Origin: Candidatus Parcubacteria bacterium
GTDB lineage: Bacteria; Patescibacteriota; Minisyncoccia; UBA6257; HR35
Length of the DNA: 64,000 nucleotides
Direction of reading: 5' to 3'
Assembly: GCA_025999335.1 (NCBI GenBank)
Contig: AP024681.1
Coordinates: forward strand, 459,547 to 523,546
This document shows, piece after piece, positions 1-9,981 of the stretch; position 1 is the first letter of the stretch, and each line of letters begins with the position of its first letter. Both the position numbers and the translations under genes were made by a program. Under the pieces are notes generated by a model, which ran no database searches, had not been told where the DNA came from, and saw only the letters and a list, made by a program, of their open reading frames with translations.

Positions 1-1919
1 GTATGCTTTATATATTTAGCAATGTTTTGAATGCTTTTTCTACCGTAGTATATGCCTTTGACAATAGATGTTAAATCTTTATCTTTTAAAATAATATCGG
101 CTTCTTGTTTAGCTATATCACTGGCATTTTCTACTACTAACGATACATTGGCTATTTTAAGAGCCATAATATCATTAATACCTTCGCCTAGAAAACCAAC
201 AAATTTTTTCTTTTGAAGAGTTTGAATAATTCTGAATTTACTTTCTGGTTTAATTCGCGCAAAGACTTTATGATGAAAAACAATATTTTCAAAAGTTTCG
301 TCATCAAGATTATTTATATCTTCTTCAATAATTACTTTATCTTTGTCATTAATAATGCCTAACTCTAAAGCTGTTTTTTTAGCAACTTGAGGCGAATCTC
401 CGGTTATTATTTTTATATCAACATTAAATTTTTTCGCCATAGCTATTGCTCGCAAAGCGCTTTTTTTAAGAGGATCTTCAAAACTGGCAATACCTATTAG
501 CTGTTTATTGACAGCAAGAGCTAAAGTTCTTAATCCTTTAGCATCTTCTTGATAGAAAATTTTTTCCCATTTTGCTTTATGCTTAATTGTTGTTTGTTGG
601 TTATATTTACTAAAACAAATTTTTATAATTTCTTCTGGCGCGCCTTTTATGATTTCTAGTATTTGATTTTTGTATTTTACTTTTATAATTTTTATTCTTT
701 TTAAAGGATCAAAAGCAATATCTTGTATTAATTTATAAGAATGGTAATTAGCAACTTCGTTAATTAATCCAATATTTAAAGCGTCGAGAATTGCTTTTTG
801 ATAGGGTTCAATCTCGTCGTTAAAATAAATATCTATTAGAAAAAATTTAAGAAATTTTTTGCGGTTAGTGGTTATTAAATTTACAAATTTTAGGGCATTA
901 GTAGTTACCGTGCCTGTTTTATCAGTGCACAATATTTCAATTCTGCCTAGATCTTCTATAGCTGATAAACGTTTAACAATTAATCCTTTTTTGCTTAAAA
1001 TGATACTAGCAATAGTTAAAGATAAAACCGTCATTGAGGGTAATAACTCTGGCAAAGCAGCTATTAAAAGAGCGATTGAGAAGATTAATAATTCGTTAAA
1101 ATTTAATTGATTAATGCCTAAAATATTAGCAATAAATAAAGTAGCGATAGCAATAAAAGCGCCATAAGTTATTTTTTTACCTAAATCAGACATTGTTTTT
1201 TCAAAGGCGGTAGTTTTTTCTATGTCAACTGTTTTTTTAATTAATGAGCCGAAATAAGTTTTTTTCCCCGTAGCAAAAACAATTCCTTCAATAGAGCCTT
1301 TTACTAAAGATGTGCCCATAAGAGCTATATTAGAAGGGAGAGTGCTTTTATTTAAAGAATCGTTAATTTGGTTTTCAGGCGTTTTAAAAATAAAATCACT
1401 TTCTCCGGTAATAATTGATTCATCAATTAAAGCATTTTCGCTTTTCAAAATACGAATATCTGCCGGCAATACATCGCCATTAACGACTTTAATATAATCC
1501 CCAGGAACTAAATAAAAAGAATCAATCTTTTTCCATTCATTATTTCTTTTAACCAGAGCAAAGGTTTTTAGATATCTTAATAATTTCTGAGTTAATTTGT
1601 TAACCTTATAATCTTGATAAACAGAGATGGTTAAAGAAATGCTAAAAAAAGTAAAAATTAAAACAGCTTCTGCTTCGACGCCATTAATGATTAGCGAGGC
1701 TATGGTAGCTAATAATAAAAGAATATTGAAAAAATTATAAAAATTTTTTTTAATGATACTTAAAATATCAATTTTTAAATAATGCACTCTATTTAAGCCA
1801 TAAATTTTTAACAGTTCTTGAGCTGTTTTTTCATACAGTCCGTTTTTATGAGTATTAAGATTTTTTAAAAAATCTTCAACTGGTTGTTGGGCGATTTGAT
1901 TAATTTCTTCGATAGTCAT
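1..1919 (-). CDS. P-type cation-transporting ATPase, MgtA-like (3' end lies outside the window; not in the ORF track)
   Basis: Manual reverse-strand translation from ATG at 1919 (MTIEEINQIAQQ...) gives TGES (~1400), ALPELLP (~1050), CTDKTGT (~915), KGAPEE (~640), TGD (~400) and GEGIND (171-188). Confidence 0.9.
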   Translation of the reverse strand, partial: MTIEEINQIAQQPVEDFLKNLNTHKNGLYEKTAQELLKIYGLNRVHYLKIDILSIIKKNFYNFFNILLLLATIASLIINGVEAEAVLIFTFFSISLTISVYQDYKVNKLTQKLLRYLKTFALVKRNNEWKKIDSFYLVPGDYIKVVNGDVLPADIRILKSENALIDESIITGESDFIFKTPENQINDSLNKSTLPSNIALMGTSLVKGSIEGIVFATGKKTYFGSLIKKTVDIEKTTAFEKTMSDLGKKITYGAFIAIATLFIANILGINQLNFNELLIFSIALLIAALPELLPSMTVLSLTIASIILSKKGLIVKRLSAIEDLGRIEILCTDKTGTVTTNALKFVNLITTNRKKFLKFFLIDIYFNDEIEPYQKAILDALNIGLINEVANYHSYKLIQDIAFDPLKRIKIIKVKYKNQILEIIKGAPEEIIKICFSKYNQQTTIKHKAKWEKIFYQEDAKGLRTLALAVNKQLIGIASFEDPLKKSALRAIAMAKKFNVDIKIITGDSPQVAKKTALELGIINDKDKVIIEEDINNLDDETFENIVFHHKVFARIKPESKFRIIQTLQKKKFVGFLGEGINDIMALKIANVSLVVENASDIAKQEADIILKDKDLTSIVKGIYYGRKSIQNIAKYIKH

Positions 1920-1946
1920 TATTATATTTATTGTATAATAAAAATT

Positions 1947-2771
1947 ATGATATTAGATGGTAAAAAGTTATCTTTAGAGATTCTTGATAATTTACGTTTA
2001 CAAAGGTCTCAGTTTAAGCAATTAAAAATAGCTGCTTTTTTGATAGGCAAAGAATCGGAAAAATTAAGTTTTTTGAAAATTAAACAGAAATTCGCTGAGT
2101 CTTTAAATATAGATTTTAAAATTTATGAAATCGATGCTTCTTGGAAAAGAAAGAAGATTAGAAAATATATAAGTCAAATTATAAGACACAAAACAATTAA
2201 CGCTGGCATAATTCAATTGCCTTTAGCTAATACTTTGCCAGCACAGTATATTTTAAATTCTATTCCACCTAAAAAAGATATTGATTGTCTTTCGTCTAAA
2301 TTATTGGGTAGGTTTTATACAGATATTTATATTATTCGTCCTCCGGTAGTTGAAGTTGTTGATTTTTTGAAAAATAAATATAATTGGGATTTTAACGGCA
2401 AAGAAGTACTTGTTGTTGGTTACGGGAATTTAATCGGTAAACCATTAACCCACTATCTTGCCAAAGAAAAAGCAACAGTTATTATTGCTAATTCTCAGAC
2501 TAATTTAGATAAATTTTTAATTTCTGCAGATTTTATTATTTCCGGAGCAGGCCAGCCAAAAATAATTAATCAATGCAAAAAAGGTGCAATTTTAGTTGAT
2601 TTTGGTTATGCAATTGTTGACGGTAAAATTAGTGGTGATTTTTATTTTGAACGATTAAAAAATAAGGCGAGTTTTATTACTCCAACACCGGGAGGCACTG
2701 GACCGATTTTAGTTGCTAAACTTTTCGAGAACTTCTTTAAACTTTTAAACAAACAATGGATGGTTATTTAG
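1947..2771 (+). CDS. folD: Bifunctional methylenetetrahydrofolate dehydrogenase/cyclohydrolase (divergent)
   Basis: MILDGKK start, IIQLPL, KDID, TPTPGGTGP; start moved to ATG 1947 because the longer ORF overlaps the ATPase. Confidence 0.9.
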   Translation: MILDGKKLSLEILDNLRLQRSQFKQLKIAAFLIGKESEKLSFLKIKQKFAESLNIDFKIYEIDASWKRKKIRKYISQIIRHKTINAGIIQLPLANTLPAQYILNSIPPKKDIDCLSSKLLGRFYTDIYIIRPPVVEVVDFLKNKYNWDFNGKEVLVVGYGNLIGKPLTHYLAKEKATVIIANSQTNLDKFLISADFIISGAGQPKIINQCKKGAILVDFGYAIVDGKISGDFYFERLKNKASFITPTPGGTGPILVAKLFENFFKLLNKQWMVI

Positions 2772-2829
2772 GCAATTTTTAATTGATTTTATAGTACATC
2801 AATAACAATTAGTTTTATGTTTTGATTTT

Positions 2830-2905
2830 TGGTGGGCGGGAGAGGACTCGAACCTCTGACCTTCTCGACGTCAACGAGACGCTCTGCCAACTGAGCTACC
2901 CGCCC
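2830..2905 (-). tRNA. tRNA-Val(GAC), CCA encoded
   Basis: Reverse complement GGGCGGGTAGCTCAGTTGGCAGAGCG-TCTCG-TTGACGT-CGAGA-AGGTCAGAGGTTCGAGTCCTCTCCCGCCCACCA folds as a cloverleaf. Confidence 0.97.
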
Positions 2906-3079
2906 AAATAAAATAATAATGGAGGCTGTAAAACAATTTTTGCCTTACGAACTATTTTCCTAATTAAAATAAAACAGGTAGCTAAACAATTTCATTACTT
3001 TGTTTGGATCTTTTATGATGCTAATATTTACAATAATATTTAAATTATAACATAACTAAAATTTTTTAAGTTATAAAAT

Positions 3080-4420
3080 TTATATGTTAATTTCTATTTT
3101 TTGTTTTAAATAATCTTTTATTTCGTTTATTTTTATTCTTTCTTGATAAGTAGTATCTCTATCGCGAACAGTTATAGTATCATCTTTAAGAGTTTGAAAA
3201 TCAATTGTTAAACAAAAAGGCGTGCCAATTTCATCTTGACGGCGATATCGTTTGCCAATTGATCCATTTTCGTCATAAACAGCTTGAAAATTTTGTTTGA
3301 TATCGTAATAGATAGATTGAGATTTTTTAATTAAATTCTGTTTATTGCTTAACAAAGGCAAAACCGCAACTTCTATTGGCGCTAAAAAGGGAGGGAATTT
3401 AAATATATTACGCGTTTCTTCTTTAACTGTATCTTCGTTGTAGAATTCTAAAAGAATGGCAAGCATTAGCCTTTCAACACCTAAAGATGGTTCAATGACA
3501 TAAGGGATTATTTTCTTTTTAGTTGTTTGATCAAAGTAACTTAAATCTTCTTGAGAATATTGAGAATGATTTTTTAGGTCATAGTCAGTTCTATTAGCAA
3601 TGCCTTCGACTTCATCCCAACCCCAGGGAAATTTATATTCAATATCTATGGTCGCTGTTGAATAATGCGCTAGTTCTTTTTTATTATATTTTCTTTGTCT
3701 AATATTTTTTTGGTTAAAGCCTAATTTTAAGAACCATTTATATCTTTCAGCGACCCAGAAGTTGAACCATTGTTTAGATTCTTTAGGTTTGGTAAAAAAT
3801 TCTAATTCCATTTGTTCAAATTCGCGCACTCTAAAAATGAAATTTTTAGGAGTTATTTCATTGCGAAAGGATTTGCCAATTTGAGCAATGCCAAAAGGTA
3901 GTTTTGTTCTTGTAAAGTTTAAATAATGTTTAAAATTATAAAAAATACCCTGAGCTGTTTCAGGCCTTAAATAAACTTCCGCAGCTGAATTTTCAACTGG
4001 TCCGGCAAAAGTTTTAAACATAAGATTAAATTGTTTTTCTTCAGTTAATTGTCCTTTACATAAAGGACACAAAGGCTTATTATTTTTGATTTCAATTTTT
4101 CCATACTCACCTTTTAACAAGTGGTCATTGCGGAAACGTTGATGGCATTGCTTGCATTCAACCAGAGGATCTTGAAAATTATTTAGATGACCTGAAGCTT
4201 CGTATATTTTCTTAGGTCCAATAAGAGAACTTTCAATCAGAAAAATATCATCTCTTTTAAATACAACGCTTTGCAGCCATAATTTTTTTATTTTATTTTT
4301 TAGCAAAACACCTAAATGACCAAAGTCATAAAAACCTTTTAAGCCACCGTATATTTCTGCGGCAGGGAAAACAAATCCTCTATTTTTGCTAATTTGAATT
4401 ATTTTATCCAATTTATTCAT
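3080..4420 (-). CDS. glyS: Glycine--tRNA ligase, alpha2 (eukaryote/archaea-like) type
   Basis: LRPETAQG, GKSFRNEITP, REFEQME, IEPSLGVER, IGKRYRRQDEIGTP. Confidence 0.97.
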   Translation of the reverse strand: MNKLDKIIQISKNRGFVFPAAEIYGGLKGFYDFGHLGVLLKNKIKKLWLQSVVFKRDDIFLIESSLIGPKKIYEASGHLNNFQDPLVECKQCHQRFRNDHLLKGEYGKIEIKNNKPLCPLCKGQLTEEKQFNLMFKTFAGPVENSAAEVYLRPETAQGIFYNFKHYLNFTRTKLPFGIAQIGKSFRNEITPKNFIFRVREFEQMELEFFTKPKESKQWFNFWVAERYKWFLKLGFNQKNIRQRKYNKKELAHYSTATIDIEYKFPWGWDEVEGIANRTDYDLKNHSQYSQEDLSYFDQTTKKKIIPYVIEPSLGVERLMLAILLEFYNEDTVKEETRNIFKFPPFLAPIEVAVLPLLSNKQNLIKKSQSIYYDIKQNFQAVYDENGSIGKRYRRQDEIGTPFCLTIDFQTLKDDTITVRDRDTTYQERIKINEIKDYLKQKIEINI

Positions 4421-4459
4421 TATATTTTCAGTTACAAGTTTTATTGAGTGAGATTAATT

Positions 4460-6205
4460 TTAAGGCGTAGGTATTGTTATATTTGTAACATTAGCAGTTG
4501 TTAATGGTTGAAGAGAGCCGCTAATTGTTCTTTGCGAGAAATCACCTTTAAGTGAAAAATTAACTTCAGGAATAACCACAAAATTTTGAGGATCAGCATT
4601 AGCAGGGATGTCAACGATTACTTCAAAAACAAGATCTATCTCTTTATTAGCAAATTGATCATTAGGATCTTGACGATAGCCAGCATTAGCGGCTATTTTA
4701 TTAAGAGTGTAATTAAAAATTCCTGTTTGGGGATCAAATTTTAAGTTTTCAATAGTAGCATCACCGCTTACTTTATTGGTTAAATTAACACCTGGAGGAA
4801 ATTTAGCATTAAGATTTAATTCGCTGAAATCTTCAGCTTTAGTTTTAATTTTTACATGCCAGGCAAAATTAGTGATAGCTTCGTGAATAGGCGGGAAACT
4901 ACCTATTGTAGGGAATAAACCTTCATTATAAGTTAAAGAGTGAGTAAGCTCGGCACTACCTTTAATTTTTTTGACATCTTCTTGAAAGATAGCATATTCT
5001 TTTTCAACTTTTTCGACTTCTATAGGAATGGTTGGACTTCTAAAGTCAACTCTAACTTTTGCAGTAAAATTTTTATCGTTATTGGGATTAAAAATAGGCA
5101 AAGTTTTAAGAATAGAAGCAGAGAAATTAATAACTACTTTGTCATTAGGTTTTAAATTAAGTAATTCTGGTTTATTACGTCCATTCCAAATGATAGCTCT
5201 TTCTGCTCGAGAAAGATAACCACTAGAATTAATTGAGTCAAAATCAAATAATCCGCTAAAAGTTACTTTTACTTCATTGTTAGACATAATTGTTTCACTT
5301 TTATTTTCAATAGTTACTTCATAGGAGATATTAGCGCCACTATCAACAACATTATCATTAGGAGTGCTTCTAATCGTAAAAACTATCGGATTATTGACAA
5401 CTGTTGTTTTTGCTATTTGACTATCTAAAGCAAAGCTTTGATTTTCAAAATCAAAGTATATTTTAACCTTGAAAATCCCATCAGATCTTATATCATTAAT
5501 ATAACCATTAATAGTTATTTGCTTAGTGTCATTTTGGTCTAAAACAGGGAATTCCCAATAAAAAATATTACTTTTAGGAAAAGCATCAATTAGTTGAAAA
5601 CCAAAAGCTGGCTCAATATTCACTTTAATATTATTAAATTTTTCTTTAGTTAAATTAAAAAGATTAATTGATAATTGAAAAGGTTGGTTTATGTATATTT
5701 TATTTGGCAGAAAAATATTAGCTTGAATTGGGGCTTTATTAACTTTGACATTTAAATCGCCACCTTTTTCAAAACTGTATTCTTTGCCACTAATTTTATA
5801 GTTTAAAACTACTTTAATTTTTTCGTTCATTTCACCAGCATTGACAAAAAACAAACCAAGAGATTGTTTTTTAATATTTTTAGCTTCAACAATGCCTATT
5901 GGTATAACTCTTTCTTTTATAGATTTTTGATCATAAAAAAAAGCGCCTTCACTTAAAAAAACTTTTAGACTAACGTCTTCTAATCTTTGGTTTGATTGAT
6001 TGTCTATTTGGATAATATAATCACTTATTTCAAAAGAATTGACAATAGTTGGTCCGGTAATTGTTAGAGATAAGCCGGCGATATTAATGTTATTATTTTT
6101 AAAGAGCATAAAAATAAAAACACCGCCAATGATAATAAATATTAAAATACTAAAAATTAAAAGATAATTGCTAATTTTATTTAATGCTTTAAATAAGTTT
6201 GACAT
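4460..6205 (-). CDS. Membrane-anchored protein with several predicted Ig-like beta-sandwich domains
   Basis: Single N-terminal TM followed by repeated beta-rich units (Y-x-I-x-I-x-N patterns). Confidence 0.6.
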   Translation of the reverse strand: MSNLFKALNKISNYLLIFSILIFIIIGGVFIFMLFKNNNINIAGLSLTITGPTIVNSFEISDYIIQIDNQSNQRLEDVSLKVFLSEGAFFYDQKSIKERVIPIGIVEAKNIKKQSLGLFFVNAGEMNEKIKVVLNYKISGKEYSFEKGGDLNVKVNKAPIQANIFLPNKIYINQPFQLSINLFNLTKEKFNNIKVNIEPAFGFQLIDAFPKSNIFYWEFPVLDQNDTKQITINGYINDIRSDGIFKVKIYFDFENQSFALDSQIAKTTVVNNPIVFTIRSTPNDNVVDSGANISYEVTIENKSETIMSNNEVKVTFSGLFDFDSINSSGYLSRAERAIIWNGRNKPELLNLKPNDKVVINFSASILKTLPIFNPNNDKNFTAKVRVDFRSPTIPIEVEKVEKEYAIFQEDVKKIKGSAELTHSLTYNEGLFPTIGSFPPIHEAITNFAWHVKIKTKAEDFSELNLNAKFPPGVNLTNKVSGDATIENLKFDPQTGIFNYTLNKIAANAGYRQDPNDQFANKEIDLVFEVIVDIPANADPQNFVVIPEVNFSLKGDFSQRTISGSLQPLTTANVTNITIPTP

Positions 6206-6241
6206 TCTTGCTGTCTATTTTTATGTTATTTTAACATAAGT

Positions 6242-6910
6242 TTAGAAAATATCTTTATTGATTTCTTTAAATCTGTTTTTTATCATTTTTTTTAAAAAAT
6301 CAGGTATTGTTTTTATTTGAGATGTTTTTATATTATTGATGGCGAAAGCGGAATTAAGAATATTATTAGATATCTTTTGATAGTTATTTTTTGCGCAAAA
6401 ACCGCAAAAAATACTTTGTTTATTATCAAAGAAGGCAAATTTAGTTAATTTACGATTGCATTGATAACATTTTCGTAATTCTATTTCATAACCAATTTCT
6501 TTCATTAGATGAAAAATAAACCAATATTTAAATGTTTTTGGTGATTGATAAATATAATTTTCTAAATTAATTAAAATAAACCAAAGATTTGTTGGTGTTT
6601 CAAGTAAATTGATTTTTTTTATTAATTTTAAAGCCCAGAGATATTCATAAGAATAAGCGGCATAATATTGATTAGGAATTTTAATATTAATCATCGAAAT
6701 AATTCGCAGGAATTGATTTTTGACTAGAACATAGAATTTATTAATATTGCCTATTTCTGATAAACCTAAATTTTTACTTGTATGTTTAAAAGCGCTTTTT
6801 AAAAAACATTTTTGTATTCCGTATTTTTCTGTTAAAATATATATTAAAGCGTCGCTTTCTTTAATTTTTCTTTTATCAAGAATTAAACCATTAAATTTTA
6901 TAAAAAACAT
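6242..6910 (-). CDS. recO: DNA repair protein RecO
   Basis: N-terminal OB-fold pattern (GLIL...ESD..I..LT..YG) and CxxC...CxxC zinc finger. Confidence 0.8.
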   Translation of the reverse strand: MFFIKFNGLILDKRKIKESDALIYILTEKYGIQKCFLKSAFKHTSKNLGLSEIGNINKFYVLVKNQFLRIISMINIKIPNQYYAAYSYEYLWALKLIKKINLLETPTNLWFILINLENYIYQSPKTFKYWFIFHLMKEIGYEIELRKCYQCNRKLTKFAFFDNKQSIFCGFCAKNNYQKISNNILNSAFAINNIKTSQIKTIPDFLKKMIKNRFKEINKDIF

Positions 6911-6945
6911 TGAGTATAATTTTTTTATTAATAATTTAATTTATT

Positions 6946-8157
6946 ATGAAAAGTAAAAAGTTATCATTTGTCTTTATTATTATAATCTTTTTTGTGATTG
7001 TTTTTTATGCTTATAAAATTGGTTATGAATCAGGCATTACAGTTCTTGCTAAAGAAAGTGGTGTAGATAAATTAACTGTTCAAAAATTGATGAATATAAT
7101 TAAAATTTGGAATATTATCTCTAAAAATTATGTTGAACCACAAAAATTAAACGCTAACAAAGCTGTCTTTGAAGCGTCTCGAGGTGTTGTGAAATCCATA
7201 GGTGATCCTTACGCTGATTTATTTTCAGAACAGCAAAAGAAAATTTTTGAAGAAGATTTGCAAGGTTCATTTGGTGGCGTTGGTTTTGAGATAGGTATTA
7301 GAAAGGAGATTTTGACGGTTATTGCTCCTTTAGAGGGTACGCCCGCAGAAAAAGTTGGTTTGAAACCAGGTGATAAAATTTTAAAAATTAATGGTACCAG
7401 CACTGAAGATATGTCTTTAGATATGGCTGTTAGTCTTATTAGAGGTATGCCAGGGACAACAGTCACATTAACAATCTATAGAAGCGATTGGGTAGAACCT
7501 AAAGATTTTATTATTACTCGCGAAATAATTAATATACCTTTGGTTAAGTCAAAAATCATTGAGCAAAATGTTGGTTATCTTAAAATTAATAGTTTTGCTA
7601 ATGCTGTTGACGAAAAAGTTAAATATGCTTTGCTTGATTTAAAACGTAAAGGAGCTGATCGTTTTATTATTGATTTACGCAATAATCCGGGTGGTTTTTT
7701 AGAGGAAGCTATTAAAGTGAGCAGTCTGTTTTTAAATCCTTCAGAAGTTGTTGTAATTCAAAAAGACAAGAACAACACACAAACAGTACATTTTTCAAAG
7801 GGACCTGGTTCTTTTCGCAAAGAAAAGTTGGTAATTCTTATTAATAGCGGTTCAGCTTCAGCTTCAGAAATTTTTGCTGGCGCTTTAAGAGATAATTTAA
7901 ACATAAAACTTATTGGCGAAAAGAGTTTTGGCAAAGGAAGTGTTCAGCAAACTTTTAATGTTGATAAAAATCTTTTGAAAATAACTATAGCCCATTGGTA
8001 TACGCCTAAAGGTTTTAAGATTGAAGGTGAAGGACTTAAGCCCGATATTGAATTAAAAGAAGAGAAAAAAGAATTAGCTGATGCTGTCGATAAAAATAAA
8101 GCAGAGCAAGAAGATAAAGTTTTAAATTACGCCGTCGCTTTTATTAAAAAAATGTAA
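6946..8157 (+). CDS. ctpA: S41 family C-terminal processing protease with PDZ domain
   Basis: GDPY, FGGVG, DLRNNPGG, SASASEI, GKGSVQ. Confidence 0.95.
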   Translation: MKSKKLSFVFIIIIFFVIVFYAYKIGYESGITVLAKESGVDKLTVQKLMNIIKIWNIISKNYVEPQKLNANKAVFEASRGVVKSIGDPYADLFSEQQKKIFEEDLQGSFGGVGFEIGIRKEILTVIAPLEGTPAEKVGLKPGDKILKINGTSTEDMSLDMAVSLIRGMPGTTVTLTIYRSDWVEPKDFIITREIINIPLVKSKIIEQNVGYLKINSFANAVDEKVKYALLDLKRKGADRFIIDLRNNPGGFLEEAIKVSSLFLNPSEVVVIQKDKNNTQTVHFSKGPGSFRKEKLVILINSGSASASEIFAGALRDNLNIKLIGEKSFGKGSVQQTFNVDKNLLKITIAHWYTPKGFKIEGEGLKPDIELKEEKKELADAVDKNKAEQEDKVLNYAVAFIKKM

Positions 8158-8172
8158 TTTTTATTACTGATA

Positions 8173-8643
8173 ATGGCTAAAAAAACAGCTAAGAAAAAAA
8201 GAAAAGAAAAAAAATTACCAGTGGTGTTATTAGAAGATATTGCTAATTTAGGTCAAAAAGGTTCTATTGTTTTAGTAAAACCTGGTTTTTATAAATATCT
8301 TACCAGCCATAAAAAAGCTTTATTAGCAACCAAAGAACAATTAAAATCAGTGAAACATTTGCTTTTAGAACATAAAGTTGAAGAACGCAAACAAAAAAAA
8401 GAAGACATTGCTGAAAAACTAAAAGATGTGAAATTAAGTTTTAATCTTAATATCGGCGAAAAAAATCAAGTTTTTAATCCTATTACCAAAGAAAAAATAG
8501 CTAAAAAGTTAAAAGAATTAGGTTTTGATATTTCCAAATCACAAATAAGTTTAAATGGTAGAATTATGCGCAAAGGTAATTATAATATTCCTATTAAATT
8601 AGGATATAATATTATTAGTAATATTAAAGTTACTGTTCAATAA
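8173..8643 (+). CDS. rplI: 50S ribosomal protein L9
   Basis: VVLLEDIANLGQKGSIVLVKPGF N-domain, helical linker, C-domain. Confidence 0.9.
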   Translation: MAKKTAKKKRKEKKLPVVLLEDIANLGQKGSIVLVKPGFYKYLTSHKKALLATKEQLKSVKHLLLEHKVEERKQKKEDIAEKLKDVKLSFNLNIGEKNQVFNPITKEKIAKKLKELGFDISKSQISLNGRIMRKGNYNIPIKLGYNIISNIKVTVQ

Positions 8644-8653
8644 AGGTAATTTA

Positions 8654-9937
8654 ATGTTTAGTTCTAAAAAAAATTTTTTATTTGTTAGCATTTTATTGTC
8701 TTTCTTTGCGCTTTTATTTCTTTTACAATATGGGTATATATCTTTAGCTTTTGAAAATCCACCTTCACCTCCACCGTTCGGCGGTGGTTATTTGCAAACT
8801 CAATCTAATCAATTATTAATTACTAAACCGATTATGGTGCGTTCAGGAAATGATTTGAATATAGCCAGCGGTTCTTTGCTAAATGTTAGTGGTACGAGTA
8901 AATTCTATAGCCGTATTCAAGTTTTGGGCAATGCATCTCCTACTTCAGGCGTGGGGTTAGAATTAGGTTATGATGTTGCGAGTTCTGCCGGTATTATCAC
9001 TGCGGTTGATCGTGATGCGGGTTTTAGTTCTTTTAAAGATTTAAAATTAAATGCTAATAAAATTACCTTTGAAAATAATTTAAACCCAGTTTTAATTATT
9101 GCTAATAACACTCTTGTTGTCGGTACTTCGACTTCTAATTATCCTTTAGAAATTTTTAGAAATAATACTAGCAGCGTTTTAGCATTATCAGTTAATTCTT
9201 CTTCTAATTCTTTATATCCTAAAATTGTTTTTCGTTCCGGCAATCCTTTGCAAGAATTATTTCATTTAGGTGTTGTTTATAATAGCCCAACAAATTATGA
9301 ATTAAAAATCGCTACTTTGTCTAACTTAACAACTTCTGAAAGCATTGCTATTAGCCCACAATTAGATTTAAAATTAGGAGCCGGCAATTTGATAATGAAC
9401 AAGGGTGATTTAATTATGAATAATTCTGTTGCTCAATCAATTATTAAAAATTCAGGAAATCTAAATATTAATGCCTCTAATGACATAATTTTTTTTACTT
9501 CCAGTACTCAACAAAGAATGATTATTAAACAAAATGGCAATATTGGAATTAACAATCCTAATCCTTCAGCATTATTAGATGTTGCTGGTAAGGGAAAATT
9601 TTCAGAATTAGAAGTAACGGGAACAATGACTATTCCTGCTCTTTTTAAATATGGCTCTACATCTTCTGGCTATTATTATTGCATTCAAGATTTTATTATT
9701 CAATGGGGGGAGGTTGAGATACCAGCCACCCGTAAGGTTGCTAATATTAACTTACCTAAGGCATACATAGATAATTCTTATAATGTTCAAGTTTCCTTTA
9801 AATCAAACGTAGGAACTAATCGTTCATCTGATCCAGGCGTATTTCAAATAGATAAGCAACAATTTCAAATTATAAATAATTTTGGATTTTATTCAACTTT
9901 CACCTGGCTAACCGTTGGCAGGGGTAATTGTAATTAG
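8654..9937 (+). CDS. Membrane-anchored/secreted tail-fibre-like protein with C-terminal gp53/H-lectin-like domain
   Basis: N-terminal hydrophobic segment, PPSPPP linker, RMIIKQNGNIGINNPNP..LDVAG fibre motif, C-terminal FIIQWG...WLTVG. Confidence 0.6.
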   Translation: MFSSKKNFLFVSILLSFFALLFLLQYGYISLAFENPPSPPPFGGGYLQTQSNQLLITKPIMVRSGNDLNIASGSLLNVSGTSKFYSRIQVLGNASPTSGVGLELGYDVASSAGIITAVDRDAGFSSFKDLKLNANKITFENNLNPVLIIANNTLVVGTSTSNYPLEIFRNNTSSVLALSVNSSSNSLYPKIVFRSGNPLQELFHLGVVYNSPTNYELKIATLSNLTTSESIAISPQLDLKLGAGNLIMNKGDLIMNNSVAQSIIKNSGNLNINASNDIIFFTSSTQQRMIIKQNGNIGINNPNPSALLDVAGKGKFSELEVTGTMTIPALFKYGSTSSGYYYCIQDFIIQWGEVEIPATRKVANINLPKAYIDNSYNVQVSFKSNVGTNRSSDPGVFQIDKQQFQIINNFGFYSTFTWLTVGRGNCN

Positions 9938-9981
9938 TTTTTTAAAACAATAAAATAATATGCTAAAATAATTAAAAGAAG

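Noticed and set aside
859-1497. Short plus-strand ORFs, and the other 60-137 aa antisense or nested ORFs in the track
   Set aside because: They are shadows of well-supported genes on the opposite strand or in another frame
2906-3043. Possible ncRNA or small ORF in the tRNA-Val leader
   Set aside because: Only an 11-codon ORF and a tmRNA-like CAGCCTCCA end without a T-arm; no convincing structure
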